A DNA stretch of 64,000 bases from Gammaproteobacteria bacterium (GTDB lineage Bacteria; Pseudomonadota; Gammaproteobacteria; Eutrophobiales; Eutrophobiaceae): the NCBI GenBank assembly GCA_963422205.2, contig CAXMWX010000005.1, positions 384,001-448,000 of the forward strand. The letters run 5' to 3'. Made by a program: the position numbers and the translations under genes. Numbering within the stretch: position 1 is the stretch's first letter; every line of letters starts with the position of its first letter. The notes below the pieces were generated by a model. It was not told where the DNA came from, made no database searches, and saw nothing but the letters and a program-made list of their open reading frames with translations. Below, in pieces: positions 19,130 to 29,151 of this stretch.

Positions 19130-20377
19130 GATCCACCCCCTATTGCCCTTTTTATTGTGCTGGATAGGGTTCGGCAGGCTCACCAAGCAAATGTACTGCA
19201 CAGGGGTTTGTCATCCCAGTCCCTTGTGTGGTCTTAGTCCGTTATATTTGACCAGCCAGCCTGTCTGCGTGAAGGGACGCACAGGCAGGTCGGCCAGTTT
19301 TTCGTTGAACAGGTTCAGGTCTTCAAACAGCAGCTGTTCATGGAAGTCCACGACCTGTCTGCGTGCGGACACGCACAGGCAGGACTGCTCTTGACTGGTG
19401 CGGTTAAAGCGCTCACAGATGGTTCGGCAAGCTCACCAGCCACGGCATTCATTTTGGGGGTTTTGGGATAGGTGTATAGATGCAGGATCTGACTATCATT
19501 GAGCCGTTGGTCAAACGCGCCCTTGAACGTAACGCCACTGTCGGTAATCACCTGCTGGATGGGGAAGGGGGTCAAGCGGAAACACGTCTCAAAGAAGTCT
19601 CTGGCAGCTTGGCTGCTCCGTTTCGGCACCGCCAGGACTAAGGCATAGCCACTGGCTTCGTCAATAGAGGTGAGGAGATACCCCCCGGCCACCTGCCTAC
19701 GCCGCTCGATGGCGTCCAGTCCCACACACTCGCCAATCTGGCTGGGGCGATAGCCTTTAGGGCGGCGTGTGACGGGGGTTCTTCGATAGGCTTTGGCTTT
19801 CCCCTTCGGGCTCAAGGCCGGGGGTGAGATTCGCCTCTTGTCGGGGGTATCGGCAATCAGCCCGTCTGCGTACCCGCACAGACAGGGCGGCCAATGGTCG
19901 AAGTACTGGGACAGGGCAATCCCCTGGCCTGACACCAGGATCTGAGCAGTACCTGACACTGCTCTTTATCCAGATTGGGCAGGTCTTGGCGCCGTTGGCG
20001 TATCTGCTGGATAACCGCTTGTGGTCAGCGGCGAGTGCGCTTCGGTGCTTTGGGGGTCGGACACAAGCCAGACAGTCCCCACTCGCGGTAGGCTTTGCGC
20101 CAGGCATACAGGGTACGGCGGCTCTGGTGGGTGAGCTTGTCGAACCACTGCCACTGTGGTCAAGGGCGGGTCAGGCCATGCTTGTCCCAGAATCTAAGCA
20201 CACTGACTTGCCTGCACGCAGCACGCAAGCAGGGACGCTGTGCGGCGATTTGATTATTCATGTCCGCCCTTATTGCATGGCTGCCCGTGCGATAAAAGCC
20301 TTTTATTCGATACCCTATATGCTGATAGTGCTCTCGCTTTCTCTCTGAGCCGTGCAGTGTGTTTCTGGACTTGTACA
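19130..20377 (-). mobile_element. Degraded IS481-like insertion sequence (rve integrase-core transposase, multiple frameshifts)
   Basis: GECVGLDAIE, QQVITDSG, YTYPKTPKMNA, IGYRIKGFYR...FWDKHGL; TGT end at 20377 on minus strand. Confidence 0.75.
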
Positions 20378-20404
20378 TGATAGTTTTTAGTAATGTATAC
20401 TGAA

Positions 20405-20540
20405 TCATTTAAGTATACATCTCGAACAGGTGTTCGAAGCGTTCATTGTCGTTTTTGAACTGGCGGTCAATAGTGATGCGCTCCAGGTTGCGTTGTTGCG
20501 GTTATGCACGCGGGCGAGGTTTTCGGGCATCGCGTCCGGG
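20405..20540 (-). pseudogene. Orphan degenerate copy of the MmeI-like gene 3' end
   Basis: Encodes PDAMPENLAR...LERI..RQFKNDNERFEHLFEMYT; matches ~21975-22110. Confidence 0.8.
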
Positions 20541-20794
20541 CATATTTCACCGAAACAGAGGGAATGGATTTATCAGTAGTCATGTCAGGTGCCTTACCTC
20601 AATTCGTGCGTTCTTGTTTTCCGATAGTCCAAAAATAGACTACCGTTGCGACTTGATTAAATTTTGCAAGTGATCTCTCATGGAGTGGACATGCACAGGC
20701 TGCGGTTCCAGATCAGTCTAGGGGATTTCTCATAGCACCAATGTCGGTCAACCAAAGGGGCACCACCCTCATCTTCAACCCCTCTATCCGCCTT

Positions 20795-21949
20795 TTACCG
20801 GTCTGGATAAAATACCCAGCGTTGCTTGGCCACCTGCTCGTCCCATGTAATTCCATCCGGGAGATTTCTTGGTGGATAAGCACTCGGATTTTGGGCAGCG
20901 TCTGCTAGCTGTTCCTGCGTTAGCTCTTTTACGTTGGCGAAGTCAGCAGCACCAAGGTCAGCGCGGTTAAAATTTTTATGGGTGAGCGTTGCTTCAGTTA
21001 AATCTATGCCTATGAGTTTCGCACGGGCGAGTATCGCCCTGCCCAAAGTTGCTTCTTTGAGCATTGCTCCGGTGAGGTCTGCGTGGGTAAGATCAGCATC
21101 AATTAACAACGCAGCGTTGAGGTTTGCACGGTTAAGGCTCGCGTCAGTTAGTTGAGCACCGATAAGATTCGCGCCAGCTAAGATCGCTAAGGTGAAATCC
21201 ACGCCAGCGAGCATTGTGTGTCTGAGGTGTGCGTAGAAGAGATAAGTGTCTCTCAGGTTGATGCGATAATGCCCCTCTCTCTCGGTCTCAAGCTGCTGAT
21301 GACTTCTCCGGCCGATCACTCTGACGATCTCAACAACATCGGGCCTGGCCATGTCGTTGACACCTTGCGACGGGCTCACGTCATCCAGCATAGGGGCTAC
21401 ATGCTTATGGCGCATTGCACCGTGTGTAGCCGGGCGGTGTAGCGCAGGATCGTCGACTGGATGGCGTGCGAAGGCCGAAAGCACGTCCATAACCTGGAGG
21501 TGATAATCCTTCGGGTGGTCCCGCGCCAGCCGCGCCAGCGCATAAATCCCGCCCAGACGAACGGAAAGATTGCTGCTGCCGAGTAGTTCCACGCCTTTCT
21601 AGTAGCGGTCGTTGCGAAGGCCGCTTTCCGATGTCTCCGCCTGCCGATTGGCTGTCTTTGCCTGCTCGTTTGCCGTATTCGCCTGTTGGGTTGCAATCGC
21701 AGTCTGCTGGCTTGCGATCTAGCTTCGCCAAACTGCAAGGAATGCACCCCAAAAAGCAATCACCAGGAGGCCGTAATTGCGGACGATTTAATTAACCGGC
21801 TGCTGGTAGCTGGCGGTTGTAATCTCGAAATATCCCGCAATACCAAAAACAGCGGTCGCCACAATCGCGATAACAAAGGTTACGGTGCTCGCCCGTTCTT
21901 TAAGCCATGTCTTAAAGAAAGTCCACGTCTTACGCATTTGCATGATCAT
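20795..21949 (-). pseudogene. Membrane-anchored pentapeptide-repeat protein with three in-frame stops
   Basis: N-terminal TMs, LRNDRY*KGVELLGS, VRLGGIYALARLA, A(D/N)LxG repeats. Confidence 0.85.
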
Positions 21950-22780
21950 CTTCTATTCGTCTTGGCGATGGTCATTTCTGTGTAGAGATCAAACAGGTGT
22001 TCGAGGCGTTCAGTGTCGTTTTTGAAGCGGCGGCCGATGTAGATGCGCTCCAGCACCTCATCATTTTGGGTGTGGGCGCGGGCGAGGTTCTCGGGCATGG
22101 CGTCCGGCTTATAGAGGTCGGCGATGGTGGCGGGAAAGTGCGCCTCGCGGGCCAGCAGAATATCTTCGGCCCGGCGGGTCAACTCGGCGCGTCCATTCTC
22201 GGTGAGTTTGGGCACGGGAAAGGGGTTCCAGCCCAGGGTGTTGGAGTAGGAAAAGTCCGTCCTAAGCCGGACGCAAACTGCCGCAATCCATACCCAGTGC
22301 AGGCGCGAGGCGATCAGCGCCATGTTCCAGGGCGGAGCGTCATAGAGGGCATAGATTTTGTTGGTAATCGCAGTTTTCGAATCCAGCAGACCGCATGGAA
22401 GATAATCCCGATTTTCTGAACTGATCGCAGGAATAGCAATTGCCTGCTCTCTGCCGATATTCATCTCGCGCATCTGGTGTGCCCGCTCCGCCATCGCGTT
22501 GGCGCCCTTGTCCCTGCTGGCAAGGCGCATTGTGCGGACACCTTCGATGCGTCGGTTTATGGACTTGATCGCCATGGCCTCTTCGAGATGTTCATCCTCG
22601 ATCCAGAGCACGTAGCGCGATTTTCCCTGAATGAACTCCGCCGATCCGTAGATGCGCCGGATTAAGCGCTCTGCTTGCTCCGTACTCAAGCCGAGTGCTT
22701 AAACCTCGCTTCGTGACATCAGCAAATGCCCGCCGTCATAAGGCATATTCCCGCGTAGCATTTCGGCGATTTTCGCAAGA
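21946..22780 (-). pseudogene. C-terminal part of MmeI-like type IIL restriction-modification enzyme
   Basis: SSENRDYLP, FSYSNTLGWNPFPVP, ATIADLYKPDAMP, FKNDTERLEHLF; methylase core missing. Confidence 0.85.
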
Positions 22781-22835
22781 ATCCAGCCTATAATTCCGTT
22801 GTGCTTGAGGAAACTGATAGCTAATGACTAAGCAG

Positions 22836-23055
22836 GTGGAGGGCGATATGCCCGGGCCTATCCAGGTGGCCACGCTGTTCAATACCCGCCATATCATCAG
22901 CGCCACGGCCGTGAATAGGAAAACGAAAGTGGTGTATTGAGTTGGTCTCTGAACTGGGCACGCTTCCGAGCACCAAAGTGGTCACTGCCCCGACAAGGGC
23001 GACGCTGAGGGCAATCGGTTGGGTGGCGTCCAAGCATGGTCTATATGCCAGCAGG
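22836..23055 (+). repeat. ~220-bp imperfect direct repeat, copy 2
   Basis: Matches 18911-19129. Confidence 0.95.
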
Positions 23056-23135
23056 TAGTCTATACTATCCTGGATGATAGCCAGGGCTTCAGTGATGATT
23101 ATGATAGCCATCAATATGACTGAATAAGAAGAGAT

Positions 23136-23354
23136 ATGCCTGACAAACCACTAGCCGTTGCCCCCGGATCAATAGCGCAAATAAAATGCGTGTCATTTGA
23201 CCGGATAGCGGCTGAAAAACAGCAAGGGCGGGAACACCAACACCGGGCTATAGCCGAGGGTAGGCTGACCCGTGAAGAGGCGCAGAGACAGAATCGTTTC
23301 ATTCTGCCATCCCCTGATGTTGTCATTACCTGGCCAGATGATGATGACTGGTAA
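23136..23354 (+). CDS. Small partner (putative antitoxin) of downstream NTase
   Basis: KQQGREHQHRAIAEGRLTREEAQRQN; overlaps NTase start. Confidence 0.6.
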   Translation: MPDKPLAVAPGSIAQIKCVSFDRIAAEKQQGREHQHRAIAEGRLTREEAQRQNRFILPSPDVVITWPDDDDW

Positions 23355-24233
23355 GATAACAACCTTTACCATAGCCGATATTGCAGGAATACTCAGGGCA
23401 ATAGATATGCCATGCTCACCGATTTTGGTAGATAGCAAGCACTGAATTTCTGGGCGGAGCATTACTTGCCCAGGTTCCCTGCCATGCAAGCATGGCTGCC
23501 CTTCGCCAGAGAGGATGTTGATTTTCTAGGCGATGCAGATGATGCCTTGACGCTTAACACTATATGGCGAGGGAAGATTTACTTGCCGACAATGGATGAC
23601 CATACCCCGCATGCTGCCAGGGTTTCCATCGCCTTGAATGATGGCCGCAGAATAGCCTTGGGCTTTCTGACAACGCTGATTGGCTTAGATGAGTTGGCTG
23701 TCAGAAAAAAAGCGGTTGCAGTATCCTTACCGGAAGAGACAGCATCACTGTTTGTGATGCACCCATTACATTGTTTAGCCAGCAGATTATATAACACGTA
23801 TGGGATACTGAATCGCCGGAATAATGCGGATGGGACGCACCAGTGTGAGCGAGTCCACCTTGCTGTTAATGTTGTCAGGCAGATGCTGACAGAGAAAATA
23901 ACAGCATCCTCAGAGGGACAGAGACCAACAGCATTGATTGAAGAGTTAGCTGCTTTGACACTGACACAGGCAGCTAAAAAAGCCTTCTGCCTTGACAATA
24001 TAAATACCATGGATGCCTTACCGGATAGGCTTGTCTTGTCTCATCTGGGGGAGAACTTTTTAAGCAAACCTCTTCCCCAGATACAAAAACAAACAGCCGA
24101 CAAAAGAAAGCGATATATGGCTGTTATTGAAAAGCAACTCGCAACACCCTCACCCGCCAAGCAACAATCATCGTTGAGCCCGGGTATTGATGATGCTAGT
24201 TGGCAGAGAGCTAATGAATGTTACGAGGGTTGA
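23344..24233 (+). pseudogene. Nucleotidyltransferase-like toxin, frameshifted near 23432
   Basis: PILV(xx)QALNFWAEHY restored by a frameshift; EDVDFLG; VMHPLHCLASR. Confidence 0.75.
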
Positions 24234-24304
24234 ACCATTCGACAGGCGACTGATATGCTACCAATATGACTATTATGTTGGTATAATATTCGTTATTTAG
24301 CCTT

Positions 24305-24326
24305 TTATACTATTATAATAGTATAA
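24305..24326. promoter_or_regulatory. Perfect 22-bp palindrome, probable HipB operator
   Basis: TTATACTATTATAATAGTATAA immediately before the hipB-like ATG. Confidence 0.7.
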
Positions 24327-24327
24327 T

Positions 24328-24576
24328 ATGAATAACGAACGCTATCTTGTTTCGCTTGGGCAACGCCTTCGTCAGGCCCGAAGGCTGCGCTTTCCTCAAG
24401 ATGACTTAAAGGCATTTTCTGTCCGCATCGGGGTAAGCCGCGCTACCCTGCAGAAAATGGAACAAGGTGACACGCATGTTGCCTTTGGTAGTTACCTGTC
24501 TGCCGCTGACATTCTGGATATGACGGACGCATTCAATCAGCTGTTCGAAATTGAGAAAAGCCTATTTGATGATTAA
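24328..24576 (+). CDS. XRE HTH antitoxin (HipB-like)
   Basis: LGQRLRQAR...RIGVSRATLQKMEQG. Confidence 0.85.
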   Translation: MNNERYLVSLGQRLRQARRLRFPQDDLKAFSVRIGVSRATLQKMEQGDTHVAFGSYLSAADILDMTDAFNQLFEIEKSLFDD

Positions 24577-25870
24577 ACAACACTATAACGTCTATCTCAA
24601 CACAACAATGAGTGGCATTATCCAAGCTGGCGAGTCCGTCATCCAGGAAATTAATGGTATTACCACAACTGTAGGGTTTCGGTACACGCCGGAGTATTTA
24701 CATAGTGAGGCGGCTATACCCCTGTGCCCAAGGCAATTACCACTCAAAAATAGCGACTTCATACTACAGTGCGCCAAAGGGTACAGGCCCGGCTTTATTG
24801 ATGATTATCTGCCGGATGACTGGGGCAGAAAAATCCTGTCAAGATTAGCCTATCAGCAATCACAGAAACAACTCTCAACCAGTAGCTGTATTGATATGCT
24901 GTCATACCTTAACAGCAGCAGAACAGGGGCGCTTTTGCTCATCCCTCAAGATAACCCGAAGGCACATCAGCCTGTATATGGCTTAGGTATGCCGCTTGAC
25001 CATCTTGCTAGAATTGAAGCAGCGTCCCAACAAGTCAACCAAGATGTGCTGAGTGACATCAGCTATGATGAGATGTCTATGATCTATCTGGCAAACTCCG
25101 GTACTGGTGTTGGGGGTGCTCGCCCAAAAGCCCTGGTCTATGATAATAACGGTGCTTATCTGGCAAAATTTAATACCACTCGTGATCCGTACAATGCCGC
25201 AAGGGTTGAATCTGCCTGCCTGTCTATGGCAGTGGCTGCTGGCATAGATGTGCCCGAATCAACAATTCTGACGAGAGTTAATCAACGAGATGCTGTGCTC
25301 ATTAAGAGGTTTGACATCAATAACGATTCAGCCAAAAGCCGTAACCATCTAATCACCTTCAATGCACTGCTAAAAGATCCTGTCACACAGATGGATGAGC
25401 CATTGCCGTTTACCTACAACCAGGTTTTTTCGGTACTACAGAAACATTCGGTTGCCATTGAACATGACGCCAGGCAATTATTAGCCCTTATGCTATTTAA
25501 TCGCTGTATCAATAACACGGACGACCATCCAAGAAATTTCAGTCTACTCCATTCAGAGGACGGTTATCGACTTGCGCCAGCTTATGATTTAATGCCGTCA
25601 TTGGTGATGGGTAATTATCATGCAGCAGGGTTTGATTATTCGCCTAATCCACCCACGTTACTTGAAATCCAAAAGCATAAAAAACCTTTTGGTTTGCCCA
25701 AAGGCGATGTAACAGAAATTGCGGAGCGTGTCAGTACGGCCATAGGGCAATGGACTCACTTTGCCAAGGAAGCGGGACTAACAAATGATGAGGAAAAATT
25801 ACTTGCTTCTGTTTTTCATAGTGATTTAAATACAGCGAGAAATACAGTCAGTCAAACGCCAAGTATGTGA
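24569..25870 (+). CDS. hipA: HipA family kinase toxin
   Basis: DYLPDDWG, GTGVGGARPK, NTDDHPRNFS, LAPAYD; tail ending SQTPSM. Confidence 0.92.
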   Translation: MIKQHYNVYLNTTMSGIIQAGESVIQEINGITTTVGFRYTPEYLHSEAAIPLCPRQLPLKNSDFILQCAKGYRPGFIDDYLPDDWGRKILSRLAYQQSQKQLSTSSCIDMLSYLNSSRTGALLLIPQDNPKAHQPVYGLGMPLDHLARIEAASQQVNQDVLSDISYDEMSMIYLANSGTGVGGARPKALVYDNNGAYLAKFNTTRDPYNAARVESACLSMAVAAGIDVPESTILTRVNQRDAVLIKRFDINNDSAKSRNHLITFNALLKDPVTQMDEPLPFTYNQVFSVLQKHSVAIEHDARQLLALMLFNRCINNTDDHPRNFSLLHSEDGYRLAPAYDLMPSLVMGNYHAAGFDYSPNPPTLLEIQKHKKPFGLPKGDVTEIAERVSTAIGQWTHFAKEAGLTNDEEKLLASVFHSDLNTARNTVSQTPSM

Positions 25871-25939
25871 GAGTAAATACAGCAAATACCATACATTTCA
25901 AGGGGAAAGCAAAAAACTTAACTGCCCCGGCCCAGTCGG

Positions 25940-26155
25940 AGTGGTATTGTGATCGGTAGACCGCGCCCGCACTCAGCGCCGGGCAAAACGCATTTATGTC
26001 ATCCGCACTGACGAGGGTCTGGTCGTTAAGCGCTTGAATCAGAAAAGCAGCAAATGGCAGTTCATCAGCGACCATCCGGCCTGGAAGTCCATGGACTGGA
26101 GAAATGACATGATGGTGATTGGCGAGGTGGTATGGACGACGAGGACGTTACGGCC
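25940..26155 (+). pseudogene. S24/CI-repressor C-terminal peptidase fragment
   Basis: IYVIRTDEGLVVKRL...ISDHPAW...VIGEVVW read from sequence. Confidence 0.75.
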
Positions 26156-26157
26156 TA

Positions 26158-26345
26158 TGATGGTGGTAAGGACATTCACTTGGAGTTGCTAAAAAGGGCT
26201 GGGCGGTTGCGTATCGGAAATATCTGCCAGAGCCGTTGAAGGAGAGTTACATTAAGGCCGAGGAGGAAGCCAAAGCTCGGAAGGCTGGCTTGTGGACGGG
26301 CGAGTTTGTAACGCCCAGCAAGTGGCGCAAAGGCGAGCGGTTGGG
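26158..26345 (+). pseudogene. Thermonuclease (SNase) C-terminal fragment
   Basis: GWAVAYRKY...YIKAEEEAKARKAGLW...PSKWRKG. Confidence 0.75.
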
Positions 26346-26405
26346 GGGAGGTGCGAGTAGTTGCAAAACAAGCAGCACATCAGCTACTATAGGGGGTGTT
26401 GATAC

Positions 26406-26927
26406 ATGATTATTGAAAAATTTTCTTCTTTCCGGGACATTCTGACGTGGATATTGGCCTTGGGTATCATAGGCATTGCAATTGCGTTTATCTATGCCGT
26501 TTGGGCCAAACCACCGAAATTTTGATTTTTCAACCTAAAATTTGGTACAACGACAACAGCAACTAATAGAGATATGGTCGCTTTTTTCAAGTCCCAAAAG
26601 TGTCCGCAAGGATGGAGTTCCTATGATCTTGTAGAAGGTCGCTATATTGTGGGGACAGCATCGACGGGCAAAGTTGAGGAAATGATCGGCAACAAGCTAA
26701 GTCCAAATGAAAACAGACCCACTGGATTGCATACTCACGAAACCACCGTTTATAAAATTCAGCACAATGGAATCTCTGAAGATGGGCTAGATACGAAGTT
26801 TCGTGGTTCTTCAAACGTAAAAATCAATGTAGCTTTTGCCAGTAAAACTAATAAACAGCCTGGTTTAAAAAGGTACGAACGCGCCCTATATCACGTTGAA
26901 AGCATGTATATGCACGTCAGCGGCTAA
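26406..26927 (+). pseudogene. Membrane protein with tail-collar-like domain, frameshifted near 26520
   Basis: N-terminal TM, then MVAFFKSQKCPQGWSSYDLVEGRYIVG. Confidence 0.5.
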
Positions 26928-27003
26928 TCGTACTGCCGCCCCAAACGCTCATAACTGATCATGAGCAACTCGCAGACAAGGTAAAATGAAAAGCATTATT
27001 ACA

Positions 27004-27801
27004 TTACAGGCACATACTTGGGGTTATGTCTGGTTTTTTAGATGATGTCGCCGTGCATGGTGTGATACCCAGTGCGTGCCAGTAAGGTTTGAAACCATTT
27101 TCAATCGCCTGACATACCAGCTTGATAAAAGGGTCATAGTTTTTTTCTGTATGCACTTTATCCAGGGCATGGTAGTAGAAAAAACGTTGATCTACCGCAA
27201 TAATGGCAGCGGGATAACCGGCCTTCATCAGTTCAGCATTCATCAATAAACGTGATGTTCTGCCATTCCCATCAATAAAGGGATGAATCCCGATGAAATC
27301 GGCATGGACACGTGCTGCCCTCTCAACAGGATGCAGTGTCAGCGCTTCTTCCGTATACCACCGAATAAAATTCTGCATCTCTCCTGCTACCACTACTGGC
27401 TCTGGAGGAATATGCCTGGCACCACCAATCCTGACCGACACCTTACGGTATACGCCAGCATTATCATTATCGATTTGCTTTAAAACCAGTTGATGAATAT
27501 TCTTAATATGCCATTCAGACAAGGGCTGGCTTTCCTGCACCAGACTTTCAATATAGTTAATAGCATCACTATGATTGATGACTTCAAGATGCTCTCTCAT
27601 CGTCTTACCACCCACAGTGATGCCCTCAAGCACCACTTTGGTTTCCAGAAGCGTCAGTGAATTGCCCTCAATGGCATTTGAATGATAAGTCCAATCCAGC
27701 ACAAGGTTCTCTCTCAGCCTGGCGAGAACCGCATCAGGTAACGGACGATGCTCGTCCAGTTGCCCTTTAAGCCGCTCGAGTATTCTATAGTCTTGCATCA
27801 T
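27004..27801 (-). CDS. Fic family protein (class II)
   Basis: TYHSNAIEGN inhibitory motif and HPFIDGNGRTSR; tail ending DITPSMCL. Confidence 0.92.
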   Translation of the reverse strand: MMQDYRILERLKGQLDEHRPLPDAVLARLRENLVLDWTYHSNAIEGNSLTLLETKVVLEGITVGGKTMREHLEVINHSDAINYIESLVQESQPLSEWHIKNIHQLVLKQIDNDNAGVYRKVSVRIGGARHIPPEPVVVAGEMQNFIRWYTEEALTLHPVERAARVHADFIGIHPFIDGNGRTSRLLMNAELMKAGYPAAIIAVDQRFFYYHALDKVHTEKNYDPFIKLVCQAIENGFKPYWHALGITPCTATSSKKPDITPSMCL

Positions 27802-27825
27802 GCCGCCTTACTATGATGTTACAGA

Positions 27826-28416
27826 CTAATCCATGCACTTTCTTATGGTTGTAAACCCAGACTCGCCGATAAGATGAGGCTTGCTATCGTGATTGATCTG
27901 GCACATCTCCTCCAGGGCATACAGCGTTTTCTGCGGGAAACGATCCAGCGGATAGTAGTGGGATATGATATCAACGGCCTGTTTATAGTCGTTGATCTGT
28001 AAGTGTGCAAGCAGATACCGAATGTCACCGTAATCGTGGAACGAATTTTCCAGCCGCATTGACAGACATTTCATTGCCAGCAGGTACTGGGGCTGGGCAA
28101 CCATCACCTTCAGATGGCTAAGTGCCAGGAAAGGGGCAAACGTACCTTTATCACTCAGATAGCCCTTGACACCATCATTGAGCCAGTTCTTATCAATACG
28201 CTTATCTGAGGCAACCTTTGTGGCCGCTTCCCGGATCGTTGTCGCCGGACTAAAAAACGCATCTATATCCTGGGTCGTTGGCCTCACCTCATACACCAGG
28301 CACATGACAGCACCACCAACCAGATAAATATCTCCTTGCACATCGTCTTTTTGCAGTTCCCGGTTGAGCTCATGGAATAAGACTTCTACCTGTTCTTTAC
28401 CAAGACCTGTTGCCAT
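27826..28416 (-). CDS. Nucleotidyltransferase (DUF6036-like)
   Basis: LVGGAVMCL...RPTTQDIDA, WLNDGVKG, YLLAMK. Confidence 0.88.
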   Translation of the reverse strand: MATGLGKEQVEVLFHELNRELQKDDVQGDIYLVGGAVMCLVYEVRPTTQDIDAFFSPATTIREAATKVASDKRIDKNWLNDGVKGYLSDKGTFAPFLALSHLKVMVAQPQYLLAMKCLSMRLENSFHDYGDIRYLLAHLQINDYKQAVDIISHYYPLDRFPQKTLYALEEMCQINHDSKPHLIGESGFTTIRKCMD

Positions 28417-28790
28417 CAGAGGCGATCTCCCAGCCCGGCATCAACGAAGATATTACGTTGACGAAAAGCAGGCGGCGATTGGGTCAACAGGTGCAGACGC
28501 AGGTTTTTCAATGGCACAGCAAAATATGGCTCTGCTGGTGGCGTGATATGCTGAGTCCATGCAGGCACTGGCTGATGTTTCAGATAGGCCGCCTGTTCAA
28601 CCATCGCCGCCAGATAATTTTGTGTATGATGAGATAGCCCGTTATAGGAGGCATCAGCTACCGCCTCACTGAAATCTGTGGCAGGCACTGCCGTCAGGAA
28701 ATCATTGAGATGGGCATAGACGCATTTGTCCTGCTCGTCATGTTGAAGCGAGGCAAGCAGCTGTCTGAATTTTGCTCTTTGTGGAGACAT
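28416..28790 (-). CDS. Putative antitoxin partner of NTase
   Basis: NYLAAMVE...VPAW...SPPAFRQRNIF; coupled to NTase start. Confidence 0.75.
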   Translation of the reverse strand: MSPQRAKFRQLLASLQHDEQDKCVYAHLNDFLTAVPATDFSEAVADASYNGLSHHTQNYLAAMVEQAAYLKHQPVPAWTQHITPPAEPYFAVPLKNLRLHLLTQSPPAFRQRNIFVDAGLGDRL

Positions 28791-28910
28791 ATGTTTTGTT
28801 AGTGTTCGATTGAAAGGTGTTGTTAGATGTAATATAAAAAAGCTTCATATACAAGGGGTTATTCAAAAAATGTCGACGCTATCTAAGGGATAATAACAAT
28901 CCTTTCCAGT

Positions 28911-29132
28911 TCAACATCCAGCAGAAACCTCTCTATATGCCACTTTAACATTGCTGATATTGGATAAAATAATTTCTACATCATAAATCATGTAATGTTC
29001 CCCGGGCATTTTGGTAATGGTACAAAGCCCTGAGCCGACATCCACCACACGGACATAGACATCATCGGCACTCGGCGTTAATGAAGAGGCTGGCACTACT
29101 ACCAACGCTAACAACAAGACAAGTACACGCAT
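28911..29132 (-). pseudogene. N-terminal fragment of secreted ComEC/Rec2-type metallo-beta-lactamase
   Basis: Signal peptide plus VRVVDVGSGLCTI...MIYD. Confidence 0.55.
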
Positions 29133-29151
29133 AACACATCATCCTCTTTTT

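Noticed and set aside
20422-20437. LexA/Cheo-like box TCGAACAGGTGTTCGA
   Set aside because: It is coding sequence (FEHLFE) of the degenerate MmeI-like fragment
4100-29100. Integron cassette array
   Set aside because: No recurring attC-like sites seen, mixed gene orientations, and no IntI-like integrase
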